This document shows, piece by piece, positions 51,520-64,000 of a stretch of 64,000 bases of DNA. The stretch is from Octopus sinensis (taxonomy: Eukaryota), in NCBI RefSeq assembly GCF_006345805.1, contig NC_043013.1:43648001-43712000 (forward strand). Reading direction: 5' to 3'. Made by a program: the position numbers and the translations under genes. Position 1 is the first letter of the stretch, and each line of letters starts with the position of its first letter. The notes under the pieces are model-generated. The model searched no databases, was not told the DNA's origin, and saw only the letters and a program-made list of their open reading frames with translations.

Positions 51520-52765
51520 AGCATGTGGTGGTAGTGGTGGTGGTGGTGGTGAAGAAAAAGGAAAGGAGGCAGAGGAGCAGGAGGCAGAGGTGGAGGAGGC
51601 AGAGGAGGTGGAGGAGAAGGAGGGGAGAAGGTGGTGGTGGTGGTGGAGGAGGATGGGGGGCAGATGAGGTGGTGGAGGAAGGGGGTACTGGTGGTGAAGG
51701 AGGAGGAGGAGGCAGAGGAGGTGGTGGTGGGGAGGGGGAGGGGGAGGGGGAGGGGCAGATGAGGTGGTGGAGGAGGTGGTGAGGGGTGGTGATGTGGTGA
51801 AGGAGGAGGAGGAGGCAGATGAGGTGGTGGTGGTGGTGGAGGAGGAGGAGGAGGAGGTGGTGGTGGTGGTGGTGGTGGTAGTGGTTGTGGTGGTGGTGGT
51901 GGTAATGGTGGTGGTGGTGGTGGATGGGGGAGGAGTCTGATGGGGGGGGGATGGGGGATGATTTTACTACAACATACAGTCCTCTGTCATCTCTTTCAAG
52001 AGGTTCAACTTCTTGAGGTCAGTCTTCACCAGTTTGCCTGATGCCTTCCAAGATCTTCTTCTTTCAAAAGCTTCATCTGTTCAAAACCCTTGGCACTTCT
52101 TGATACAACTGGTATATCTAGTTCTGCAGTCATATAAACTGCATCCAGCGCACGCTGTAAAGTGTGAGATTGTGAGGACTCTGACAAAGACATCACACCT
52201 TTGTAATGCAGGTGCAACAGAAGAAAGTACCCAGTGCACTCTTTAAAGTAACTGATGCTACAAAGAACATTCAGCTGCAGAAACTAGGCCAAAAAATGCA
52301 ATGCAAGCAAGATGAAGTCCCCGACTTAGCCAAACAAGGGGAGCAGCCAGTCCTGAATACCTGCTGACTCCAACTGTGATGACTCATCCAACTCATGCAA
52401 GCATGGAAAGCAGGCATAACATGGTGGTGGTGGTGGTGGTGGTGGTGAAAAAAAAGGAAAGGAGGAAGAGGAGCAGGAAGCAGAGGAGGTGGAAGAGGAG
52501 GGGAGAAAGTGGTGGTGGTGGTGGTGGTGGTGTGGGGTGGTGGTGGTGGTGGTGTTGCTGCTGCTGCAACTGCTGCTGGTTTTGGTGCTGGTGGTGGTGG
52601 TAGTGGTGGTGGTGAAGAAAAAGGAAAGGAGGAATAGGAGCAGGAGGCAGAAGAGGTGGAGGAGGAGGAGGGAGAAGGTGGTGGAGGTGGAGGTGGAGGA
52701 GGTGGTGGTGGAGGAGGAGGAGCTGAAGGATGCAGAGGAGGGGCAGGAGAAAGTGGAGCAGGAGC
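51520..52765. repeat. Two GGT/GGA-rich low-complexity tracts (51520-51960, 52420-52765) with shared internal motifs
   Basis: gtggtggtgaagaaaaaggaaaggagg recurs 3 times. Confidence 0.85.
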
Positions 52766-53041
52766 AGAGGAGTAGGGTACAGGTACAAATTATTTTTTCC
52801 TGTACATTTGGATAAAAAAGTTTACCAGGTATCCTGTTATTCCTGGAGTTTTGTGTTAAGAAATGTCTGGAAGCAGTTATTAACCTTCCAGAATTTGATA
52901 CATTCTTATCCATCACTTAGAGGTCTACATTGAAAGATGCCAACGATTTATAGTAAAATGGTGAGTTGTTAGATATAAATCCAAAGAAACAGATCTAGTC
53001 CTGCAAGAATCACCAATTTCCTTTACACCCCCCCACACACA

Positions 53042-53093
<52 letters not shown>

Positions 53094-53324
53094 TATTTAT
53101 ATGTAATTATATGTGTGTAATTATATGTATATTACATATATTTGATATACATATTTCGCTCAGGCGAAACTAATAACCTGGTGCAGAACTCAATATACAA
53201 ATGATTCAGAGTGAAGTGTTAGACAAGTATAGAGTGCAGTTCTATGTTTAAGAGATGAGGAATTATGTACATTATTTACATTATTTATATTTGACGGATA
53301 TTTGTCCTCATCTTGTTTGTTGTT

Positions 53325-53370
53325 AACACAACATTTCGGCTGATATACCCTCCAGCCTTCATCAGGTGTC
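53325..53370 (-). ncRNA. Minimal hammerhead motif in a Penelope-type tail (53240-53422)
   Basis: gacac-CTGATGA-a-ggctg...cagcc-GAAA-TGT-T-gtgtt. Confidence 0.65.
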
Positions 53371-53992
53371 ATGGGAAAATTTCAAGCCTGGGTTCTCATT
53401 ACTAAGGTATTTCTCGGTGTTGTTATTATTATGATTATTATTATTATTGAGTGAGAGAGCAGTGCATGCCATCAAAGTGACACTGGGGTAAAATATACGA
53501 AGCCCAGTATACCCGTCTGATAAGGGTATACTAGGCACATGCATCACAACCATGTGTGCTCGTCATGGTGATCTCATATCAAGATAAATAGTGCATGACC
53601 TTGCTGGTAGGGCCCAGTTCGAATTTTCTTCTGGTTGAGTAGCCCATCCTGCTTAAAAGGTCCCTGAATAAGGGTTGTTTAAGGATGTTGAACAAACCAC
53701 CCATGTTTCCAAAGGTGAATTATCCAAACCTCAAAGAATTCCTCTCAACACATGGCTATGGCACTCCCCCACTACTTCTGCTCATGATCAGAGATGCACA
53801 TATCGTCAGCCACTAAGGGACATGCTCAACTGGATAAGGTCAAACAACTGACAAGCAAATCTGTGGTATTGAGCAGAATATTTGCTGTAGCCCATCTTTT
53901 ATACCAAGACAAAACAATGTACATGATAACACTTCCAATCAGTTAAGATCAGAAGCCACGAGAGCCACTGCCTGGTACTGCATCAGGGCTAC

Positions 53993-54039
<47 letters not shown>

Positions 54040-54063
54040 CATCATTGTTCAGGTCTCTGCCAT

Positions 54064-54157
54064 GGGCATATGGCGTAGTGGTTAAGAGCGAAGGCTACTA
54101 ACCCCAAGATTCCGAGTTCGATTCAAGGCAGTGACCTGAACAATAATGATAATAATG

Positions 54158-54196
<39 letters not shown>

Positions 54197-54346
54197 TAAT
54201 AACAACAACATTGAAAAATACCTTAGGAATGAGAACCCAGGTTTGAAATTTCCCCAAGATACCCGATGAAGGCTGGAGGGTATGTCAACCGAAACGTTGT
54301 GTTAACAACAAACTAGATGAAGACAAATATCCGTCAAATGTAAATA
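54064..54346 (+). mobile_element. tRNA-derived head + (AAT)n linker + hammerhead-bearing tail (SINE-like composite)
   Basis: Box A TGGCGTAGTGG and box B GAGTTCGATTC (54064-54140); tail is the inverted homologue of 53240-53422. Confidence 0.75.
54258..54303 (+). ncRNA. Minimal hammerhead motif (CCGATGA variant)
   Basis: gatac-CCGATGA-a-ggctg...caacc-GAAA-CGT-T-gtgtt; palindromic ACGT stem III. Confidence 0.6.
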
Positions 54347-54699
54347 CTTACCAATCCCTAAAGTTTGTTTTCCACGTGTATACTCATGGGTGCATGGGTG
54401 CACATGTGCATGCATGTGTGTGCACACACTGGTATGCATGTGTACATGCATGCAAATATACATACATGCGTACATATGAATGAATACGCATGTGTGTGCA
54501 TGTATGCATATGCTTGTGTATGTGTTGTGTGTGACACATGTTTGTCAAAGTGTATGTATGTGTGCAGATGTGTACACGCATGCCCATGTACAGATGCACA
54601 TGCCCATGTACAAATGTGTAAACTAACTTCAATACACACATGCACACAAAACCATATGAGCATGTCTGCACAAACACATATAGAATTATATACTTGCAC

Positions 54700-55440
54700 A
54701 TGTCACCCCTTCCTATTCTCCCTCAACAACCTGACCGATTTCCTATCTGCCACGTTGTTTCCACTCGGTCTACACAAGATAAAACTTCGAAAGGAGGTAA
54801 CAGCGTACTGATGCACCGATAGTGGATTTTCTCTCTTTAGTGTGGCGTGACAAGAAAAACGTCTGCATGTTACCCACAATGCATTCTGCAAGCATGAAGG
54901 ACACTAGGAAACAAAATGCAGATTGTAATGCCATAATGAAACCGCGTGTAGTTGTTTCATACAATGAAGGGATGGGCGGAGTCAATTACTAAGGTCAACT
55001 GGCGATGACACACAAATCAGTGAGAAAATTTGTGAAACGGTACAAAATAATTTTCTTGTATATAGTTGACATGTGTGTCATGAACTCACATTTGATTTGG
55101 CAGATGCTTGGCAGTGTGGGGGATGGATTGACATTCAGGAATCTATTGTTCCGTGAAATGATAGAAGCATCAGACTGGCCAAAGTCCAGAACACGTGAAG
55201 GTCCCCATGCTGGACTCCCTCCTCACTGCATGGTGAAGGAACATGGACATTTCCCATGACTGTTTTCCGCCACCACCAAAGACAAATGCTTCAAAGAGAT
55301 GCACAGTATGTAAAGCAAAAGGGAAACTTAAAGAAACTAAATACCATTGTTCAGAATATGATATGCCCCTGTGGGTGTTACCCTGTTTTGAACTCTAACA
55401 CACAAAAGTCAATTTTTGAATTCACATGATTGTAAATACA
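54700..55440 (+). mobile_element. piggyBac (PGBD4-like) transposase 3' fossil
   Basis: WRDKKNVCMLPTMH, KPRVVVSYNEGMGGVN (third catalytic Asp region) and decayed C-terminal Cys-rich domain RCTVCKAKG...TKYHCSEY...PCF. Confidence 0.85.
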
Positions 55441-57515
55441 CGACATTGATCTGATCTGTGCTGTCGAGTGATTTTATTCAGGAATAATATTGCATCAGTG
55501 TCCTGCACAGGGTGGGTATAGTTGAGGTAAATAAACAGCACTTGCACTAAAGTGGTTGACATAAATATACACCAAACATTATCTTGCACAGAGTGCTGAC
55601 CTCAATCAGCATGATTATTGTGGCTGTGTGCAGGCAACCGAATGAATCACCACCATAAACTGGTTAAAGTGGTTGCAGTCAATATATGCTAAACCATTGT
55701 TGTGCATTCATTGCTGATCTCAGCCAAAATGGTTACTGTCAATGCAACCTGGTTGCTTGATAAAAGAAAAAACTTTTGTTATAGGGTTAATTTCATTTAA
55801 TTCAATCTAAAATTTAGCTACATAATGAATGGTAAAAAATACTTACTTACTTACAGTTAAGAAGTATGAAATACTTTATAACCCAAATTTCTCAGCAAAA
55901 CTGAAGAGTCATCTTCCCTATTATAAACATAGATAAGGGCTAAGTGCTGGGCCCTGATATGCACCTGCATGTACTCTAAATTTCTCACTGAACTCATTTG
56001 TGGAATGGCTTAACATTCACAGCCATCTGTTGGTCTCATTTCTTGGTGAGTATGAAGTATATCTGGCTTGTGTGTTCATCAGGGTGGTTGGCCATTTTCA
56101 TAGAAGTTAGTTTTGCTGGTAGGTAGATCGCTCATATCATAGAATCCACAGACACTAATTGTGCCTTATTTTTTCTATCACATCCATGGTATCCATGTAT
56201 GCTGAAGAAGCCATCATGGTGTTGCCAAACATGTCCATTAAAATTGCCTATCATAAAAACCGTTTTCAAATCCTGGCACAAGGCCAGCAGGTTCGGGGTA
56301 CAGGGCTAGTCAGTTACATCAACCCCAGTGCTCAGCTGGTACTTATTTTATCGAACTCGAAAAGATGAAAGGTAAAATCTATCTCAGAGGAACTTGAACT
56401 CAAAACAAAGACAGACAAAATGTTAAGCAACATTTTGTCCAACATGCTAATGATTGTCAGCTCGCTGCCGATTGCCTATCATAATAATGAGATTTCTCTA
56501 TCATTTATTGATTGCTTAAAAGCAATCCTCCTGTTCCTCGTCTAGTCCTGATTGCGGTGCACATGCAGAGTTAAATGTCACTCTAGTGTTGTCTATGACA
56601 AACCAAAACTTTATTCTATTGCACACCCTGACTATCTTATTTATTTACTTTATCCATTTCTCTGCAAAAAATACATATACCCAACCACTCCAATACTATC
56701 ACATTCCCAAAAGAATTTGTACTTTAGTTTTTTGGTTGCGAGTAGTTTTGTTGAGGTATCCCTCTATCTTGCCTCTTGTATACAGAATGCATCTATTTCT
56801 CTCTGCTCTAACATCTTTACAATTTCTCTTGACCTACCTTTCAGCATTCTGATATTAATAGTGGAAATCCTAACATTTTGAATCAGCAAGAAGAATTGAA
56901 TTTCCAGTAGTAGGCTACTAGATCGGTATCTATTTTCTGCGAAGGGAAGTAAATTTATATAATCACTTGCCAACATTTGGTGAGGTGTGTTTTTCACACA
57001 TGGCCGATATTTTCACAAATTGATTTGCTGTTTATTCTTTCACTCAGCAACAGATTATTACAAAAAAATTATCAACAAAGTGGGTATGAAGACTTCTCAG
57101 TTGGTACATATAAAATTATAGTAGGTTTAAATCATTAGGTTGTTAGATGCAGGTAAGTGTTAGTGAGCAGTGAAAATATGTACATGTATACATAAGGACA
57201 TCCAACATACATGTGGAGAGAGATGGACTGAGAGAGACATGTGTGTTTGTGTGTGTGTGTGTGTACAGATAGGGATATGTGCATATATATATATATATAG
57301 TTCAAATTGACAACAGATAACAAAAGATGAAGACAGGTGTAGGAACGACATGCAGGTGTATTAGTTTAGCCCTCTGGAAAAATGGAAAAGTATTTTACAT
57401 TTTGAGCCTCTGCTCTTTGACAAGAAGGATTAAGAGGGAAAAAAACAAAGAGAGAATGAAAAAATGTGTAGGGATTAAAGGTTCAACATGATGAAATAGC
57501 CAGAAGAAAGAGGCA

Positions 57516-57553
<38 letters not shown>

Positions 57554-58808
57554 AATAATAAAATAAATAAGTAAATGCGTCCTTTTAAAGCCTAGCCAGG
57601 ATCATGGGACCGGTTTCCCGGTTTCCATGGTGTATGTGTTCCCCGGCTGGATGGGACGTTGCTCATTTTTGCCAGCTGAGTGAACTGGAGCAACGTGAAA
57701 TGAAGTGTTTTGCTCAAGAACACAACGCGTCGCCCGGTCCAGGAATCGAAACCACAATCTTACGATCATAAATGCTGACACCCTAACCACTAAGCCACGT
57801 GCCTCCACACACACACACACACACACACATATATAGGTACTGGCACTCTGTCAATTATGACGACAATTATTCAAGAACAGGCTGCTGCTCATGAAATTAA
57901 CATGCAAGTGTCTGAGCACTTTACAGACCCATGTACCCTTAACATAGTTCTCAGGGAGATTTAGCGTGATACAGAGTGTGACAAGGCTGGCCCTTTGTAT
58001 TACAGGTACTGCTCGTTGATTGCCAGCTGAGGGAACAGAGCAGTGGGAAATAAAGTGTCTTGCTCAAGGACACAACACACTGCCAGAAATCGAACTCATG
58101 AACTTAAGATCGTGAGCTGAATACCTTAAGCACCAAGCCACATGTGTGTATGTGTGTGTGTGTGTTTGTGTGTGCATACAGTCACCCATGCACATATATA
58201 TATGTATGTATGTGTGTATGTGTATGAATATGTACACACAGGTTTATATATATATTTCTTTACTACCCACAAGGGGCTAAACATAGTGGGGACAAACAAG
58301 GACAGACAAACGGATTAAGTCGATTACATCGACCCAGTGCGAAACTGGTACTTTATTTATCGACCCCGAGAGGATGAAATGCAAAGTCGACCTTGGCGGA
58401 ATTTGAACTCAGAACGTAACGACAGACGAAATACGGCTAAGCATTTCGCCCGGCGCGCTAACGCTTCTGCCAGCTCGCCGCCTTTATGTATACATGTTTA
58501 TATATATATATACATGTTTATATATACAGGTTTATATATACATGCACATAGGATTATGGAGCTAAGCTCTGAGAAATGTAGAGGGATATCAGCAGTATAA
58601 TATACACGTGTAAGTATGTACGGGTGCTTATGAACGGTTGGATGGAAGTTGGGGATGCTGTGAAGAAAGTCTGAGAATGAGGGTAGCACAATGGGGTTAG
58701 TTACCAAGGGAGTGCATCTTTGTAAACTTTAAAGAAACTACTGACAGTGGAGTGGGGGGGTGTCAGATGCATTAGCGAAGAGTACACATTTTTTAATATG
58801 TGTGCATG

Positions 58809-58845
<37 letters not shown>

Positions 58846-60266
58846 TATATATATAATATAAATTAGATATATTTATATAAATATATATATATTATTATAA
58901 ATATATATAATATATATACGCGAGAAAGAAGCAACAAGAATGGATAGGTTTTTTGTACTAAAACCTATCCATTCTTGTGCTTCTTTCTCGCTTATAATCA
59001 CCCCACATTACTGTATTGTTAAAACAGTATATAGTTTTTTGGTGCATCTAAGTTAGGTACCATATTCAAGTAAATTCATTTAAATTAACTTGAATCTTTA
59101 TTGCTTTATAAATATATATATATATACACACACATATGCATGCACACACACACGTATATACATACACACACACACGCACACACACATATATATATGTATG
59201 TATGTGTATATATATATATATATATAGGCGGCGAGCTGGCAGAACCGTTAGCATGCCGGGCGAAATGCGTAGGCGTATTTCGTCTGCCGTTACGTTCTGA
59301 GTTCAAATTCCGCCGAGGTCGACTTTGCCTTTCATCCTTTCGGGGTCGATAAATTAAGTACCAGTTACGCACTGGGGTCGATATAATCGACTTAATCCGT
59401 TTGTCTGTCCTCTCTGTGTTTAGCCCCTTGTGGGTAGTAAAGAAATATATATATATATATCACGTGATCACATGACCGACCAGACCATCAGATGTTGTTA
59501 CACATCGCTGGTCACAATGCGTTCGCATTGTTTTAGCCTTCGAATGATGCCACCCCGCTGGCTAAGCGAGCAGGCCACATATATATATATACATACATAC
59601 AGACATATATATATGTATGTATATACGTGTGTGTGTGTGTGTGCAACAGCATGAGTGAGAGAAGCAGAGATTCTCAGGCTAATTGCCTGTAATTCTTGGC
59701 AAACATTAATGCATTGACATTAGAGTTGTAAAATATGAAGATCTACTTCACAGCATGCTCTGTCATATTTTTCTCTCTCCCACCCTCTCTTTCTCTCTCT
59801 TTCTCTTGCTCCCTCCCTCTTTCTTTCTTTCTTTCTGTTCCTCCTTCCCCCCACTCACTCACTCATATAAATCTGTAATCCAATACAAGCATTTGGTTGC
59901 ATATATTCTTTAGTTTCTGTGTGTGCCTGTGTACACTCACACACATGAGATACTCCAACATGGCTGAGGCTATACCAGATGTGAAGATCCACCCTCAAGG
60001 CTGGCAATGTATGGTATAAGAATAGTAGATAACTTTCTGCTCCAATGAATTTCCAAACATTGAAGATCTTTCTGAGAGAACCTTTCTTAGATTTAAGCTT
60101 TGATGATGATTCATTAACTTTAAGCAACATCCTTACTTTGGGATGGTTTCCTTTATCGTTCATTCTACAGACATCAGAAGATATATTTGGCTGCATCTGA
60201 GTATATATCATGTGTAGAAAACATAAATCTGGAGAAGAAGCACACTCTAAGATGTAGAGCAGTATA

Positions 60267-60411
60267 TATTAAAAGTGGTAAAGGCTGGTTGATGGGATTA
60301 CCCAGCCTGGCCAAAAGGTTTTTGGGGTCTGATGATATGCCATAAGGCTAAACCCTTTATGGACAAGAAACCCAGGGTAATCCCATAAACCGGCCTTCCC
60401 TACTTTTAATA
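60267..60411. mobile_element. ~145-bp TA-flanked MITE; second copy at about 63370-63515
   Basis: Terminal inverted repeats tattaaaagtggtaaaggctgg / ccggccttccctacttttaata flanked by TA. Confidence 0.75.
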
Positions 60412-62299
60412 TATACACAACCCATGCCAGCATAGAAAACAGACATTAAAGACACATCATTCAACCAGCAAGTTTTTTTTAATTCAGGTTTCTTGTTTTC
60501 ACATAACTTAATGTCTTTCCTCAGAGGCCCTCATTTCCTTATTTCTGTTGGAGATTTAGATAACATATTAGGCAATGAGCACAAACTGGACTACAAGTTT
60601 TAACGATATGAGAGGGACAACTTGTATTATTTTAACACTTTAGAAAAAAATGTGTCTTAACGTTTCTGATGCTAGTCCTTCACCAGAAAAAAATAAAAGA
60701 ATGAGAAAAAGTGATGGGGAAAATCAAAAGAATTTAAGGCTGGGAGTGAAAAAAGAGAAGAGCAAAGAAAAGTTTGAAGTGGGAGTGCTTGTGGTAAAGA
60801 AAGATGTTGGGGTTAGACATATTGGGGAAAAAAGGGTTCCTCTCTTGGATTGATTAACAATCAATCCTAATCATTTAAATGTTCCATTTTTATGAGTTCT
60901 TACTTTAACTTTTTAGCATTTAATTTAGTCATATTCAGCCCAAATATTTTGTCTGCTTTATGTTAAACTGGCCAGATTGTTTAATGTCGTTATAAAAATA
61001 TACAAACACTTCATTGAAATTTTGGAGCTAGAAGATAATGTGTGATTAATTCAAAACAATGTGAATAAATAAACAATGCATTTGACAAGAAATTTGAATG
61101 CTGCAGGGTTAAATTCTTCTTTAATCGTATCCTTCTCAAATCTTTCATTTCCATAGAATACAAAATCGTCTGGGTTCATCACAGGACACCCATTAATTTC
61201 CTGTTTGCATCATGACTGAAATATAACATACATAAACACTCACTGTTCCTACTCTTTTACTTGTTTCAGTCATTTGACTGTGGCCATGCTGGAGCACTGC
61301 CTTTAGTCGAGCAAATCGACCCCAGGACTTATTCTTTGTAAGCCTAGTACTTATTCTATCAGTCTCTTTTGCCAAACTGCTAAGTTACAGGAACACAAAC
61401 ACACCAGTGTCAGTTGTTAAGTGATGTTGGGGGGACAAACACAGAAACACAAACAAATACACATACATATATATACATATATACGACGGGCTTCTTTCAG
61501 TTTCCGTCTACCAAATCCACTTACAAGGCTTTGGTTGGCTCGAGGCTATAGCAGAAGACACTTGCCCAAGGTGCCACACAGTGGGACTGAACCTGGAACC
61601 ATGTTGTTCATAAGCAAGCTACTTACCACACAACCACTCCTATGCCTCCTCATTTTCATCAGTACTTGAGTGACCAACTTGTACCATGGGCTAAATTATG
61701 CAAAAATCATTGTGACTTGGACACTCTTAATTGGAAAGTCTTCAACTGTTAGTTGCAATATTTTCATTTCACACACATGAAAACAGCATGAACATCACAG
61801 CTTCCCTATTGTAAAATAACAATATTATCCACATCATAAGTGGAGGCACAATGGCCGAGTAGTTAGGGCAGCAGACTCTCGGTTAGAGGATCGCAGTTTC
61901 GATTCCCAGACCAGGCGTTGTGTGTGTTTATTGAGCGAAAACACCTAAACGCTCCAAGCGGCTCCGACAGGGGGTGGTGGCGACCCTTATTGTACTCTTT
62001 CGCCCCAACTCTCTCTCTCTCTTCCTGTTTCTTGAGTAACGCTGCGATGAACTGGCGTCCCGTCCAGCTGGGGGGAACACATACGCCACAGAAACCGGGA
62101 AACTGTGCCCAGGAGCCTGGCTAGGCTTGAAAAGGGGGCATAAATAAATAAATAAATAAAGAAAGAAATCCACATCATAAAGTCCATTAACAATTATTCA
62201 TTGAAAGATATAACAGACTGGAAAAAAAACATTAAATATTTATTACCTTAATTGTATCAAAAATGCATATCGATTGTCTTTTTAATGGCAAAAACCTAT

Positions 62300-62414
62300 A
62301 TACATACATGTGTGTGTGTGTTGCATGTGTATATGCATCTTTCTCTTTATGCAGGTACATATATATGCATGTGTGTGTATGTATATATATATATATATAA
62401 TATATAAATATATA

Positions 62415-62447
<33 letters not shown>

Positions 62448-62629
62448 ATATTATATATATATATATATATATAAATATATATATATGTGTATGTGTAATA
62501 TATATGCATATGAATATAATATATTATATATGCATTATATATATATATTGTTTCTATACACACACAAATATATGCACACACATACAAGTATAGACATATA
62601 TATTATATATATATATGTATGTGCATATG

Positions 62630-62667
<38 letters not shown>

Positions 62668-63070
62668 CGTGTTTATACATATATATATATGTTTGTATAT
62701 ATATGTATATATGTATATCTATATAGCTCTATCTATCTATCTATCTATCTATCTATATATATATATATATATATATATATCCTTTAAGTTCGTTTGCGGG
62801 TAATATTTTGAATATGCATGTATTCTATTATGCTAGCTACAGCCTAAAGTTGTGCCAACTGGCAATACCAGTTTTTTGGGGTCACACTCAGTTGTATCGA
62901 TATAATGTAGAATAAACATAATAATAATAATAATAATAATCCATTGGTGTAATTTATGAGTATTTTGAACATGTGATTTGTCGAAATGCATTTAAAGATA
63001 CATTAAAATATTTATCAATTCCATATATGGATTATTATAATTATTACTATACACACACATACACATATAT

Positions 63071-63117
<47 letters not shown>

Positions 63118-63320
63118 CATATATACATACATATATGCATATATATGGTATATGTGTGTATATATGTGCATATATATTGTATATATATATATATATAATA
63201 TATATATATATATTAATATATATATATAATATATATACATGTAATATATACATATATTCTATTACATGTGTGTGTGTGTATATATATATATAATATATAT
63301 ATATGTATGTAATATATCAT
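62300..63320. repeat. TA/CA/TCTA microsatellite-rich region
   Basis: Direct reading. Confidence 0.9.
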
Positions 63321-63921
63321 CATCATCATCGTTTAATGCCTGTTTTCCATGCTGGCATGGGTTGTGATATATTAAAAGCGGGTAAGGCCGGTTTATGGGA
63401 TTACCCTGGGTTTCCCGTCCATAAAGGATTTAGCTTCATGGCATATCATCAGACCCCAAAAACCTGTTGGCCAGGCTGAGTAATCCCATCAACCAGCCTT
63501 TACCACTTTTAATATATACTGCTCTACATCTTAGAGTGTGCTTCTTCTCCAGATTTATGTCTTCTACACACAATATATACATTTGTGTGTATATATATAT
63601 ATATATATGGACTCTCCTGTCATGAGACAACATATGAGGGTTCTGCAATTTTTTGCTGCACAACAGATAATTTGTTTATAGTGATCAAATGGTAGCATTC
63701 ATTTAAACTTGCTCACTCCATCATATTATCAACATTACCTGTACAGGTGCACAACGTACCACATGGCAGATGGCAAAATGATCACAGAGCAACATGAAGT
63801 AGAGTGTTTTGCTTAAGAACACAATGCAACACTTGGTCAGGGTATGGAAACCGCAATCTCACAATCATGTGTGCAACACACTAATCATTAAGCCATGCAC
63901 ATTCACACACACATACACACA

Positions 63922-63965
<44 letters not shown>

Positions 63966-64000
63966 TGTATATATACATTGAAGTCTATCTGCAAATTTTC

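Noticed and set aside
51525-52933. Gly/Glu/Arg/Pro/His-rich ORFs
   Set aside because: GGT/GGA low-complexity tracts open in several frames on both strands; no splice signals or domain
54064-54140. Possible tRNA gene (also SINE heads at 7443, 26480, 61843)
   Set aside because: Boxes A/B are present but acceptor and anticodon stems are imperfect, and each runs into a repeat body; these are SINE heads
55852-55914. AG...GTAAGT-bounded minus-strand segment as a coding exon
   Set aside because: All three frames contain stops before the strong donor; at most a non-coding exon
59855-60211. 118-aa non-repetitive minus-strand ORF
   Set aside because: No recognisable motif or clear splice boundaries, and it runs into the inverted-duplication arm; cannot be supported without a homology search

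Overview
This is AT-rich, repeat-dense animal genomic DNA. The SINE families and microsatellite load look like an octopod cephalopod (Octopus sp.), which is my inference. Genes: (1) the 3' 8 coding exons (259 aa, 691-15962, + strand) of an M18-family aspartyl aminopeptidase (DNPEP); (2) a convergent, unidentified minus-strand gene with two well-supported 3' exons (17330-17446, 22486-22559/22597) and uncertain upstream exons. The rest is tRNA-derived SINEs, CR1/RTE LINE fragments, Tc1/mariner and piggyBac fossils, and microsatellites; nearly all long ORFs in the track are microsatellite artefacts. Two things stand out. (A) A nested locus at 46164-49266: a solo-LTR-like element, whose boundaries are shown by an adjacent empty-site duplicate, is interrupted at its predicted transcription start by a 1.74-kb retroposon that encodes only ORF1. 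That retroposon shares its ~50-nt 3' tail with one of the most abundant local SINE families. (B) Several unrelated MITE-looking foldback elements (41215-41600, 41682-41880, 50245-50596, 53240-54346) are inverted, outward-facing pairs of minimal Penelope-type hammerhead ribozyme motifs, some degenerate. One copy is fused to a tRNA-derived Pol III head. All calls were made by eye; no searches were run.
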